64,000 nucleotides of DNA, from positions 12,293 to 76,292 of the forward strand of contig CAOKHH010000003.1 in assembly GCA_948468225.1 (NCBI GenBank). The letters run 5' to 3'. Positions within the stretch are counted from its first letter, which is position 1, and each line of letters opens with the position of its first letter. Below the pieces are notes generated by a model. The model was not told the origin of the DNA, ran no database searches, and saw only the letters and a list, made by a program, of their open reading frames with translations. Origin of the DNA: an uncultured Clostridia bacterium. GTDB taxonomy: Bacteria; Bacillota; Clostridia; TANB77; CAG-508. This document shows, one piece after another, positions 29,661 through 44,600 of this stretch. Position numbers and translations under genes: made by a program.

Positions 29661-32600
29661 TTATTTAATTATTTTCTTTTTGTAGTACACCGTTGCCATA
29701 GTTGAAAGTCCTGCTAAGCTCATTAGTACTCCTAGAACTATTGTATTTATTTCTGCCTTACCTGTTTGTGGCAATTTGTCTTGTGATATTGATGGAGGTT
29801 GAACTAATATTTTTTCATTGTATATTATTCCACCATTTGAATCATACATGATTGCTCCCTCTTCGCTTATTCTAAATGTTGCTAAATTTTCATTCAATCT
29901 GTATCCTATTGGTGCAAATTCTTCTTTATATTGGTATATTTCTCCAACCTCTAATCCAGTAAATATTGCCTTTCCTTCAGCATTTGTTACAACTTTTATA
30001 TGTTCTCCGTTTTCTAGCACTGGATTTCCATCTTTATCGTATAGTCCTATTACTGCACCTGACAATAATTTTTGTGTTCCCTTTTCCATTTTATATATTG
30101 GTACATCTACTCTTATTCTCTCATTGTATATTACTCCTTCTGTATCTCCCTCGTAAATTATTTCTCCATCTTCGCTTATTCTTACTGTATATATTGTTTC
30201 ATTTAATACATATCCTAATGGTGCTTTTATTTCTTTATATCTGTAAGTTTTTCCTGCTAGTAGTCCTCCAAAAATTATTGTTCCATCGTCTAGTGTTGAT
30301 CCTTGTACCACATTGCCAAATTCATCATATAAACCTATTACTGCTCCTTTCAATACTTTACCCGTTAATAAGTCTTTCTTTGTTATTGTTAATTGTATTG
30401 GTTCATTGTAGATTATTCCATCTGCAACTCCTTCATAACTTATTGTTCCATCATCGTTTATTATAAATGAATATACTGTTTTATTTAGTTTATATCCTAC
30501 TGGAGCTGTTATTTCTTTATATTTGTATTTTACTCCTCTTGTAAATCCACTAAATATTACTTTTCCATCTGCATCTGTTGTACTTTGTACCATATTGCCC
30601 TTATCATCATATACGCCTATTACTGCTCCTTGTAGCAATTTTCCTGTTACAATATCTTTCTTTACTATTATTACATAGTCTTTTATTGGAGTATCATATA
30701 TTACTGCATATTTTTTTCCATCTATTTCTATGTAATTTCCATATGTTATTGTACCATCTCTATTTATTGTGAATTCATACATTGTATCATCTAGTTTATA
30801 ACCATTTGGAGCCACTATCTCTTTATATTTATATGTTCTTCCTACTATTAGGTTGTTGAATATTACTATTCCGTCTTCTCCTGTCTCTTTTGCTTCTATT
30901 ATGCTTCCATCTTTATTGTATAATTCAATTTTTGCTCCTCTTAATAATTCTTTTGTTATTAAGTCTAACTTGTATATAGGTACATCTATTCTTAATGGTT
31001 CATCATATACACATAGATATTTTTCTCCATCTATTTCTATATAATTATTGTAAATTATTGTTCCATCTGCTTTTACTGTAAATTCATATACTGTGTCATT
31101 TAGTTCATATCCTAATGGTGCAACTATTTCTTTATATCTATATGTTCTTCCTACTATTAAGTTGTTGAATATTGCTACTCCATTTTCTCCTGTTTCTTTT
31201 GCTTCTACTATGCTTCCATCTGGATTATATAGTTCTATTGTTGCTCCTCTTAGCAATTCTTTTGTTAATATGTCTACTTTGTATATTGGTACATCTATTC
31301 TTAATGGTTCATCATATACACATAGATATTTTTCTCCATCTATTTCTATATAATTATTGTAAATTATTGTTCCATCTGCATTTATTGTAAATTCATACAT
31401 TGTATCATCCAGTTTGTAGCCTTTTGGTGCAACTATTTCTTTGTATTTATATGTTCTTCCTACTATTATGTTATTGAATATTGCATATCCATCTTCTCCT
31501 GTTTCTTTTGCTTCTATTATGCTTCCATCTGAATTATATAGTTCAATGGTTGCTCCTCTTAATAATTCTTTTGTTAATATATCTATTTTATATATTGGTA
31601 TACTTACTCTTAATGGCTCATTATATATAATTCCTTCGGTGTCTCCAATATATGTTATTGTTCCATCTTTTGCTATTGCAAATGAATATGTTGTTTCATT
31701 TAGTTTGTAACCTTCTGGGGCTGTTATTTCTTTATAGTAGTATGTTCTTCCTCTTATAAATCCACTAAATACAACCTTTCCTTCTTCATCTGAAATATCT
31801 TGTTCTAATAAGTTTCCAAATTCATCATATATACCTATTTTTGCTCCTGATAATATTTCTCCTGTTATGATGTCCTTCTTTACTATTATTACATAATCTT
31901 TTTCTGGTGTATTGTATATGCATAAATACTTTTGTCCATCTATTTCTATATAACTGTTGTAAATTATTGTTCCATCTGCATTTATTGTAAATTCATACAT
32001 TGTATCATCCAGTTTGTAGCCTTTTGGTGCAACTATTTCTTTGTATTTATATGTTCTTCCTACTATTAAGTCAGTAAATGTTACATAGCCATCTTCTTCT
32101 GTTTCTTTTGATTCTATTGCAGTTCCATCTGAATTATATAGTTCAATGGTTGCTCCCTTTAGTATTTCTTTTGTTACTATATCTATTTTGTATATTGGTA
32201 CATTTATTCTTAATGGATCATTGTATATAATGCCTTTTGAATCTTCTGCAAATACTATTGTACCATCTTCAGCTACTGTAAATGAATATGTTGTTTCGTT
32301 TAATTTGTAACCTATTGGGGCTGTTATTTCTTTATATCTATATGTCTTTCCTGGTATTAAATTTTCAAATTCTACCTTTCCTTCACTTGAAGTAGTTAGT
32401 TGTGTCAAATTGTTTTCTTCATCATATAATCCAATTACAGCTCCTTCTAATGGTGTATGTGTTCCAGTTATATATTTTACAATTGTTGCTTTTCCTCTTA
32501 TAACTTCAACAAGTTCTTTGTCATTTTCTATTACTAGGTCACCATTTTCTGCTCTTACTACTTTTATATCTTCTATTTCACCTATTTCATTTACTCTAAA

Positions 32601-35600
32601 GCTATATTCTGTGCTATTTAGAGTATAACCTGTTGGAGCTACTATTTCTCTATAGTAATATGTTGTATTTATCTTTAATCCACCAAATGTTGCATAACCA
32701 TAAATATTGGTTGTATCTGTTCCTTTGTTTCCTTCTGCATCATATAACTCTATTACTGCTCCTGATAATCCTACTTTTGTGTCTTTATCTATTTTTCTTA
32801 TACTTACTTGTAGCATATCTTCTGGCACTCTAAATGTATTTGTTATTGTGAATGTACCATCTTCATTTAATACAACATCTGATACATAGTATTTTAAGTC
32901 GCCTGTATTTTCTGCTATTTCTTCTACTGTGTATTGTATCTCGTTTCCGTTTTCATCATATTTTGGTAATCCCGTAAAATTTATTGTTTCTGTTGTTTTT
33001 GATACTGTTTGTGTTGATACAACTTTATCTCCATTTTTTACTCGTATTACTATATTTTCTGGTCTTTTTATCCTTTGACCTTCTGTATCAACCCATATTT
33101 TATGTACTGTTTTTCCTGTTGTTATTATTGATAAATCTTTATCATTTTCTATTACTAAGTCACCATTTTCTGCTCTTACTACTTTTATATCTTCTATTTC
33201 ACCTATTTCATTTACTCTAAAGCTATATTCTGTGCTATTTAGAGTATAACCTGTTGGAGCTACTATTTCTCTATAGTAATATGTTGTATTTATCTTTAAT
33301 CCACCAAATGTTGCATAACCATAAATATTGGTTGTATCTGTTCCTTTGTTTCCTTCTGCATCATATAACTCTATTACTGCTCCTGATAATCCTACTTTTG
33401 TGTCTTTATCTATTTTCCTTATGCTTACTTGTAACTTACTTGTTGGTACTGTAAATGTGTTTGTTATTGTATGTCCATTTACTGTTGATACATAGTATTC
33501 TAAATCACCTTCATTTTGTGCTACTTCTTCTACTGTGTATTGTATCTCGTTTCCGTTTTCATCATATTTTGGTAATCCTGCAAAATTTATTGTTTCTGTT
33601 GTTTTTGATACTGTTTGTGTTGATACAACTTTATCTCCATTTTTTACTCGTATTACTATATTTTCTGGTCTCTTTATTCTTTGTCCAACTGTGTCTACCC
33701 ATACTTTATGTACTTCCACATTTATTGTATCCCCTGGTACTGTAAATGTATTTATTATTGTATAAGTTCCATCTTCATTTAATACAACTCTTGATACATA
33801 GAATTTTAAGTCTCCCTCATTTTGTGCTATTTCTTCTACTGTGTATCGTATCTCGTTTCCGTTTTCATCATATTTTGGCAATTCTGTAAATTCTATATCT
33901 GTTTCTGTGTCTTCACTTGGTATCGTTTTAGTTGACACCACATTGTCTCCATTTTTTACTCGTATTACTATATTTTCTGGTCTTTTTATTCTTTGTCCAT
34001 CTGTATCTACCCATACTTTATGTACTCCTACATTTACTGCGTCTCCTGGTACTGTGAATCTATTTGTTATTGTATATGTTCCGTCTTCATTTACTACTAC
34101 ACTTGATACATAGAATTTTAAGTCTCCCTCATTTTGTGCTATTTCTTCTACTGTATATTGTATTTTGTTTCCTTCTGAGTCATATTCTGGTAATCCTGTA
34201 AATTCTATTGTTCCAGTTGTATTTGATACTGTTTGTGTTGATACAACTTCATCTCCATTTTTTACTCGTATTACTATATTTTCTGGTCTTTTTATCCTTT
34301 GACCTTCTGTATCAACCCATATTTTATGTACTCCTACGCTTACCGTTTTTATACTATTATATATTATTCCTTTTGTGTCATTTTCAAATGTTATTGTTCC
34401 ATCATTATTTACTGTAAATTCATACATTGTATTGTCTTTTACATACTGAATTGGCGCACTTTCTTCCTTATATTTGTAGTTTCCTGGAGTTAATCCACTA
34501 AATATTATTTCTCCAGCAACTCCTGTTGTCATTTTTATTGGATTTCCTTCTTCATCTTCTAAAGGTATTCCAGATTCATTGTATAATCCAATTACAACTC
34601 CTTCAACAGGCGTAGTTGTTCCTGTTACATATTTTGTTATTCTTACACTACCTCTTACTATTTCGTTTTCTATTATTCCATTGCTTCCAACAGAATATTC
34701 TATTTCTCCTATTTCATTTACTCTAAAGCTATATATGTTATCATTTAAAGTATAGCTTATTGGTGGCGTTATTTCTCTATATGTATACGTTGTATTTGGC
34801 TTTAATCCTATAAATGTTGCATATCCATCAGCGCCTGTTTCTTTTACTTCTTCATATTCGTTTCCATCATATACTTTTATTTCTGCTCCTGATAATCCTA
34901 CCGCTGTGCCTTCTGCTACTTTTCTTATCTTTACTTGCAACTTACTTTCTGGAACCATAAATGTATTTGTTATTGTGTAATTTCCATCTGCATCAGGTAC
35001 TTTACTTGATACATAATATTCTAATTCCCCTGGATTTACTGGGACTTCTTCTACTGTATATATTATTTCATTTCCATCTGCATCGTATTTTGGTAAATTT
35101 GTAAAATCTATACTTTCAGTTGTATTTGATATCATTTCCTCTTTTACAACTTTATCTCCGTTTTTTATTTGTATTTTTATATTTGCTGGTCTTTTTACTC
35201 TTTGTCCCTCTGTATCTACCCATACTTTGTGTACTGTTATTTGTGTTCTTGTTTCTGGATCTACTATATCTTCTAGTTTTATATGTATATATTCATCACC
35301 AAATTTTACAGCTGGAATTTGTGTTATGCTTCCATCATCTTCGGTTTTTTCTATGTAAGCATTTGTTATTGTATTTATTCCATTTACTCTAGATACTTCA
35401 ACTTTCAAAACTACAGGTGTTGAGTTTAATAGGTATCCTTCTGGTGCCTTTGTTTCAGTTATTAAATATGTATATATTTTATTGCCAGTTAATGGAGATG
35501 GCATTGGTATCTCTCCAAATGTTAATAATCCATTTACAGTTTCTTTAGAAACTATTTGTCTTGAATCTAATTCTCCTGAATCTTTTAATAATTGAAGTTT

Positions 35601-38600
35601 ATATTCTGCTCCTACTAATATTAAATCATTATCTTCTGCATCTACTTTATTTGCACCAACTATAAACGTATCATCTGGATAATTTCTTATTCTTATTGTC
35701 ACTTTCTTATTTTCATTATCTATAAATGTATCTACATTACTGGTGTGTTTATCCAATTCTATCCAGTTATTATCTTCGTGTATATTTAATATAACTTGCT
35801 TTGTTTTTGTATCGAATCTTCTTCCTGGTGGTGGTTCTAATTCTGTTATTTTTATTACTACTTTACCAGTTCCATATATATCGTTTATATATATTTTTCC
35901 ATCTGCATCTGTTAAATCAGTTTTAGTTAATCCTTGTATTCCTTTGTCATGATCTATGTCTATCTTTATTTTTGCATCTTTGAATGTAACAGATGGATAA
36001 TATGCATCACCTTTTATTAGTTCAATACTATATGTATCTAAATCTGGATTATCTTGTTTTTCATTTAATAAACTTATTTCTATATAATCTGTTGAAAGTT
36101 TTTCAATATCTGCAATATTGTTACTTATTCCACTTAAAGTTGCATATTTTATTAGACCTTCACCATCGTATTCTACATTTAAAGTAAATTCTTTGCCTGT
36201 GACTGTGCTTAAATCCTTATAACCTACTGGTGCTGTTATTTCTTTTATTTTAAATGTATATACTCCTTCTGATTTGATAGGTAAACTAATATAACCCATG
36301 CCTTCTAAACCAGTTTTTAGGCTATAAGTTTCTTTTGTTTCATTATCAATTATTTCAAATTCAGCATTTTTAAGTGCTATTTTTTCATCTTCTGAATCTA
36401 ATTTCAATATGCCAAGTCCTATTGAACTTGTTGCTTCTTTAATTGTTGTTTTTATAATTTTGTTTATATTATCTACTCGAACTTCTGCATTGTTTCCTAA
36501 AGAATTTTCATCATCTAGCAAAGTTATTATTTGAGAAACAGAATCTCTGTTTACTCTTATTATGTGTTTATTTGTGTCTAATGTATATTCTTCTGGAGAC
36601 TCTACCTCAGTTATTGTTATTGTAAAGTTACCATAGCCTAATAATCCTGTAAATGATATTTGTCCCAAGCTATTTGTAGTTTCTATTTTAGTCGTAGATT
36701 CTCCTGTTGCCTCATTTAATACATTTATTCTATATTTTGCCCCTTCTACTTTTATTTTGGCATTATGTGTATTTACTTTTTCTAGTAAAACTCCAAAATC
36801 TGGCTCTAATATTGCATCTGGACTATCTGGGTCTGGATTTTCTGGATCTATAATTGGTTGTGTTGGTTTTACAGGACTAGGTAATTCACTTGGTCTGGTT
36901 GGATTATCTGGTTTCGATGGTACTCCTGGATAATTTGGATCATCTGGATTATCTGGATTTGTAGTTGATCCTACCCATTCACCTTCTCCCCCTGGTACTG
37001 GTAAGTATTTAGATTTTGCACATCTTATTTTTACTTTTACAGCATTTTTATCAACATAATTTACATCTTCGTCAACTTCTGCTACGATTCTTCCTTTAGA
37101 ATCTAATACTTTCCCACCTGATACTGTTCTAGTAGCATACATACCTGCAGATATGAACTCAGCATTTTGCATTGTTCCGTTTTCATTATATGTTATTTGC
37201 AATATTACATCTTGGTTTTTAATATATCCTTTTTGTTCCATTTCTTTATTTATTATTGTGTATTGTACAACTGTGTTAACTCCACTTTTCCCTATGTTTG
37301 CTGCAGTTAATCCATTTTCGTTAGTTATTCCTTTTGATAAATATGAATTTATTTTTCTTACTTCAAATGTTGTTCCTTCTAGCTTAATTGAATTCACATC
37401 AATATCTTCGTTTTCTATTATTATAGCATTATATCTATCAGATGGACTTACCCCAGGATTAACTGACGGATCAGATGGATCAGATGGATTTGATGGATTT
37501 CCTGGCACATTTGGATCTGGTGTAGGATTTCTAGGATCATCACCTTCAGATATTACTGGTATATAATTTCTTGGAGTATTATTTATCTTTATTGTTATTG
37601 TATGGTTTGTATTATTTATTGTTATATCATTTGCATCAATATTTTTTAGAAGTGATGTATCTAATACTAATTGTTTAGTTACAGCATCTCTTGTAAATAC
37701 CAATTCTCTCGTTGCTCCATTTAATAAATAACCTATAGGCGCTACTGTTTCTTTTAATCTTACTTTTATTTTTCCTGTTCCTGTTAATCCGTAAACACCA
37801 GTTCCCCTTCTATTATAAGTTTCTCTTGTGGCTACATAGTTATATCCATTTTCTTGGTTAATATTTATATTGAACTTTGCTCCATTTAACTTCAATGAAT
37901 CGCTAGTTGAACTTACTTTATCTATTATTATTGCATAAGAATTTATTGATGGATTTTCATCTTCTGGATTATATGGAATATATCCACCATTTTTATTATT
38001 TTCTATTACAACTGAAATTACTCCATTCTCTCCTACATTTTCTCCGTCTATTGTTAATACTCCAGCTGTATTTGTTACATCAACTATAGTTTTTGCTGTG
38101 TTTGTTGTGTAACCATTTGGCGCTATTTTTTCTTCTATTTCTACTGTAGTTGTTCCTTCTGGGAAATAAGTTTTAGGAATACTTAAAATTCCATTTTTAT
38201 TTGTTATTCCATTTATTCTTAATTTTCCATTTGTAGGATATTTTAATGTTACTCTAAATCCTACATTTGTAAGTTTTATTTTATTGTCTAATCCATCTAC
38301 TTTTTCTATTTTTAATGTTTTTAAATCTAATCCATTTCCATAAGGATTTATAACTTTAAGCCTCATATCAACTTGAATATATTCTTCTTCTTCATATTGG
38401 TCATACTCTTGATCTACAATACGTGTATAACTTTCTCCATCTAATACATTCATATACATTATTTTTAATTCGCCATTTGGATCAAATTCATAATATGCCT
38501 CAAATCCTATACCTTCAAGTAATTCATAACCTAATGGAACAGTTTTCTCCGTTATCATAAAGGTTAATTTTCCTTTTTTATCCATTAGCAATTGTGGGAA

Positions 38601-41600
38601 TTCACTACCTAAATTTGCTATTATGTCTTCACCAGTTAATTTTGCCATACCCTCATCATCTGTTGTTAATTCCCAAGTTTTTATAAGTGCTCCTTCATAT
38701 GATGCTCTTAATTCCATTGTTACACCTTGTAATGGACGCAATTCTTCATCCACTTTTGTTATAAATATAGTGTTGTTTATTGTATCTTTTGGTTTATCAA
38801 ATTCAGAACCTATTTTGTATACTTGTCTTCTTACAATTATCTGTTTATTTTCTGTATCTATTGTTACTCCATCTACTGCATTTACTAATTCGTAGTCTCC
38901 AGAAGCATTTTTTCTTACTATTATTTCTTTCTTACCTCTTATTAGTTCATATCCATCTGGAACTGCAATTCTTTCTATAGTAAATGTTATTTCATCTTTG
39001 TCTAAAACTTCATATATTGCTTCTCCAAGTATATTTGTCACTTTTTCATCTTTTGTTTTCTGCATATAGCCATCTGTTATTCCAGTTTGTTTTACTTTGT
39101 TTCTTATACCAGCCACTGGATTTGAATCAGATTTGTCTGTTTCTATTATTTTTAATGTATAATCACTATATTCTTCTGGCTTTTTGCTATTTTCTATAGT
39201 TATATATAACGTATTTTCGCCTTCTTCTGTTTTTGCAAATATATCAGAAGACATACTTCCTGTTAGTGCTATTTCCTGAGTTTGGCTATTTGTTTTTATT
39301 TGTACATATTTTTCATCACTATCTATTTCTATTTCATCTGGTACTTCTGTTTGCTTTAAAACAACTTTTGTTATGCTAGTTTTGCTTGGAACAAAATTTA
39401 ATACAATATTTCCATCTCTATCTGTTGTTTTGTTTTCATAAGTTTTTTCTGTTCCATTACTATATTTAACAGTAACATCAAATATTGAATTTGCAATTGG
39501 TGTTCCATCAACTTCTACTACATTTGTTATATCTATAGCAAAAACTGTTGATACTTCTATATCATAATACATTTTTAGTACTAAACTTCCGTCTGCTTGT
39601 ACAATTCCAGTTTCCTTAGATATATTTTTATTTAGATAATATCCATCATATTCTTTTACAGTAGCTGCTACATTTATACCTTCCCTTGCCTTTAATACTT
39701 CTTCTTCAAATTCATCATATCCATCTAATGTATCATTTTGTTTATAGTATATTACTTTATATGAAACTAAATTTTTATTTGGTAAATCATCCTCATTGTC
39801 AAATGTAACTGTACCATCGTCATTCACTGTAAATTTATGATCTGTAGGGTCATCTCCATCTTTTGGGTATGAATATTTTCCAGGTCCTAATCCTGTAAAA
39901 GTTCCATTTCCACTTTCATCTATTATTGCTGATATATGACTTCCATCTTCATTGTATAGTGGATTTCCATCTCCATCATATAAATGTAATTTATCCCCTA
40001 GGTTTCCATTTCCTCCAGACACTTTTACATCCACTATTATGCTACTTGTATCTGTTGTTATTCCACTTGGTCCAGTTCCTCCTGGGAAATCAATAGTTCC
40101 ATCGTCGTTTACTACAAATTTACCTGATTCACTTCCACCTGTTCCATCATCTGTTATTGTATAATCATATTCTCCAGGTGCTAAACCAGGAATAGATATA
40201 CTTCCTCCTCCTGTTCCAATCGTTCCTGTTTTATTTCCACTTGAACTGCCTCCACTAGATCCGCCTGAACCTCCTGGTCTATAGTTTCCTCCGCTAGATC
40301 CACCTGAAGATCCTCCTCCATGGTTCCAACTTATATGTATATTAACTGGTCCATGCCATCCTCCTGAGCCACTTGAACTTCCACTCCAATGCCAATTTGT
40401 ACTATAAGTTTTTCTTCTATTATATATTACTCCACTATCTCCTTCAGCATATTCTAATGAATATTCTTCATCATCATTTATTGTTACTGTATACATTCTA
40501 CTATTTAGGTAATATCCTGATGGTGCTGATATTTCTCTAAATTTATATACTCCAGGCTCTAATCTTGCAAATCTTGCTATTCCTTGATAATTTGTTGTTG
40601 CGGTTACTTGCTTTCCATCTCTTATAACTGGTTTCTCTTCTCCGTCATATAGCCCAATTACAGCTCCTGATAATGAATACCCAGAATTTGAATATTTTCT
40701 TATTATTATTGTTCCTTTTGTTAAATAATTGTGTATTGTTGCATCTTTTCCATCTGAATTCAAATATTCTATTGTTTCATCTTGGTTTATTCTTACATAA
40801 TATCTTGTTGTATTTATTTCGTATCCTTCTACTGTTGATACTTCTTTATAACTATATGTTCCAACACCTAAATTTTCGAAAGTTATTTTTCCTTCTCTAT
40901 CTGTTGTTTTTCTTTCTTTTTCTGTTCCATTTGGATTATATAAAGCAATTTCTACACCTTCCAAATATACAATCTCATCAGAATTCTTTATTTCACCTGT
41001 TTTTGTGATTGTTATATTCTTTAGTATTTTTTCATTTACTATTATTCCATTGTTTTCTTCTCCCCAAGTTATAGTTCCATCATCTGCTATTGTCACTGTA
41101 TATTCTGTTGTATTCATTCTGTAACCTGTCTTTTCTGTCATTTGTTTATATATGTATGTTCCAGGAATTATTTTAGTAAATTTGACATTTCCATTCCTAT
41201 CTGTTGAAGCCTTAACCTCTCTTCCATCTGTTCCTTTTATTAGCTTTCCATCCATGTCAAATAAACCTATTGTAACTCCTTGAATTCCAGTAGATTCTGT
41301 ATCTTCAACTCTTAAATCTAATCCAATTAAATCGTGAACATATTCTAATGTTATTTCTTCATTTGTTGTTGGATCTACAACTAAAGTTGCTTCAGTAAAT
41401 TTAAATTCTTTTGTACCTATAACCTTCTTATACCCTGCTGGTGCTTCTATTTCTTCTATTGTATATATTGCTTCTTTCTCAGGTAAATCATAAATATATG
41501 CTATTCCTTTAGAGTTACTTTCTGCCTCTGCAACTTTCGTTCCAGTTGAATTTTTTATTTCATATTTTCCACTCTTTAAAGGTTTCCCATTTGAATCCTT

Positions 41601-44600
41601 AACATAAACTTCTATTCTTGATTCATATTCAAAATCATTTTCAGATATGTTATCTGGTTTTTCTAAACCTCTTAAATATGCTAAACTTTCTCCTTCTTCT
41701 ATTGTCCACACATTTTCAAAATCCCAAGTATCAGCATAACCAGTTTTATATAAAAGTGCATTTATTTCTTGTTCCGTTCCTCCAGAACTTGTAGTTTGTC
41801 CTGTTGCCTTTGGTGACCAATATGAATTTGTTACATAAGTGTTATTTATTCCTCCAGTTAGCCCTCCTACATTTGGCGTTGTTGTTCCATTAGGTGTTGC
41901 GGTTACTTTTCCTACCGCATAAGTATTTTTTATAGTTCCCATATAGTTATATCCACTTAATCCTCCAGCATATATGGTGTTTCCTTGTGCTGTAACTTTA
42001 CTTGTTGTGTAAGCATCTGTTATTGTTGCTGACCTAGAAGAAATATAACCAGTTAAACCTCCTGCATATACAGTATTATTACTTGATAATCCTATAACAT
42101 CTCCAGTTGAATACACTTCACTAATTGTTCCAGTATTAACATTTCCTATTGCTCCACCTACATATACTGCTGATACGGATTCATCTTTTATATCTCCTAT
42201 TGAGTATGATTTTGATATTGTACCTCCATCCATTTTTCCTACTATTCCACCTGTGCAAGCGCTATTTCCTGTTGAATTTGAACTTATATTTCCTTTTGAT
42301 ATAACATTTTCTATATTGCTTGAATTTGTTATATATCCAGCAATTCCTCCTGCATATATTTCTCCCTTCGTTGTTTCTCCATTTAGATTTATATTAACCT
42401 CTGAATTAGTAATATTTGATGCATATAAATATCCTGAAATTCCACCTATATATAAAGTATATTTTCCGTCTATTTTTTCCACTTTTCCTGTAACTAATAT
42501 ATTGTCTATTGTACTTGTTTTTGCGTACCCCACAACTCCACCTAAGTAGATTGCAGTATTTGTGCTATCTAACGTAGATGTTATATTCGCATTATCAAAT
42601 GTAACATTTTTTATTGTTGCATTTTCTGTATAACCAAACATTCCAACATATTGATTATTTGATGCAATGTCTAAATTGATTATTTTGTATCCATCTCCAT
42701 CAAATGTACCTTTAAATGGATAATTCGCATTTTGTCCTATTGGCTCAAAATTCTTAGTTATTTGTATGTCATTTCCTAATTTATAATGTGCATTTAAACC
42801 ATTTTCCATTCCTTGTAGTTGCTCTTCTGTTCTTATTATATATGGATCATCTTCAGTTCCTGTTCCTTCGTTATATTCTGTATATGAATATTTATATTTA
42901 TTAACTTCTTCAGGTATTTCTATATTTTTCAAATATGGTAAAGTCTCTCCTTCTACTATACCCCAAATATTATCGAAATCCCAGTCTGTAAATGTATTTT
43001 TATATAGCATTGCATATAGAAGTTTGGCTTGTTCCCCCTTAGTTCCACTTATATATTTTCCTGTTGCTTCTGGGCTCCAATATGATGATGTTACTGTAGC
43101 TGAGCCATTTCCTATAAATCCTCCTATATATTTATTTCCTGTTGAATTTGCTTCTTCTATTTTTCCTACTGCATAAGAATTTTTTATAGTTCCACTGACT
43201 TGTCCTGTTAAACCTCCAACATATATTATTCCATTTGTTGAATTTACAAATAGCTTACTTGTTGAATATGTATCTGATATTGTACTATTGCTATAACCTA
43301 CTAATCCTCCTACATTCATTTGTGCATTTGATGTATTTGTAGCATGTATATCTCCTGTTGAGTAACTTGTATTTATTGTTGCTCTGTTATTTCCAACTAA
43401 TCCTCCAACATATATTGCTCCACTTGTTGTATTTGCTGTTACTCCTGCTGTTGCATAACTTGCACTTATTGCTCCATAATTATAACCTACTAATCCTCCT
43501 GCATTTATTACTCCAGTTGTTGCATTTGCTTTTATTTTTGCATTTGAATTTGTATTTATTATATTTGCATAGTTGTATGAATAACCTACAATTCCTCCTA
43601 TATATACTGTATTTGCTACTGCTGTTCCTTCTGAAATTTCTGACGTTGCTACTTTGCTCTCTCCTATTATACTTACATTTTCTATTGTTGCTACATTTGT
43701 TGTGCTTGTTCCAGTTATTGCTCCTGCTATTCCTCCTATATATCCCTCATTAGATCCATTGCTTGCTATTTGTGTATATGTGCTTATTATACTAGCATCT
43801 TTTAATATTAAATCCTTTATTGTTCCGTTCTTTACGTAGCCAAACATTCCTACATATTTATTGTTTGATTCTATATTTAATCCTGTTATTGTTTTACTAT
43901 TTCCATCTAATGTTCCGCTAAATGGGTATGTTGAATCAACCCCTATTGGTTCAAAATTATTTCCTGGGTTTAGAACTATACTATTTCCTAATTTATAATG
44001 TGCACTTGGCTCATTTTTCATTGCTTGTAATTGAACTTCATTTGTTATTATGTATGGATTCTCCTCAGTTCCCTTACCTTCATTATATATCTTATGTGTA
44101 TAATTATTTATTTCTGTTGGTTTATCCATATTTTTTAAATATGGTAAGGTTCTTCCTTCTTCTATTTCCCATACTGCATTTTCGCCATCAAAAACCCAAT
44201 CTGTAAATGTTTCTTGTTGCAACATACTTTGTAATTGTTTTGGTGTTCCTGCCCCACTTGTTTCTTGTTTTGTGGTTTCTGGGCTCCAATATGATGATGT
44301 TATTGTTCCATTATTGTAGCCAACTAATCCTCCTATTTTTTCTGTTTCTGCTGTTCCTATACTAACTTGACCTACCGCATATGTATTGGTTATTTTTCCG
44401 TTAGTATAATTGTGTCCAACTAATCCTCCAACATACGCAACCTTAGCTGTATCAACTTTTACTTCACCCAATTCATAAGAATCAGCTACTGTTGCATATG
44501 AATTATATCCCAATAAACCTCCTGCATATACTGTTCCATTTGTTGTTGCACTTATTTTTCCCATTGCATAACTCGTATTTATTGTTTTAAATTTACTATC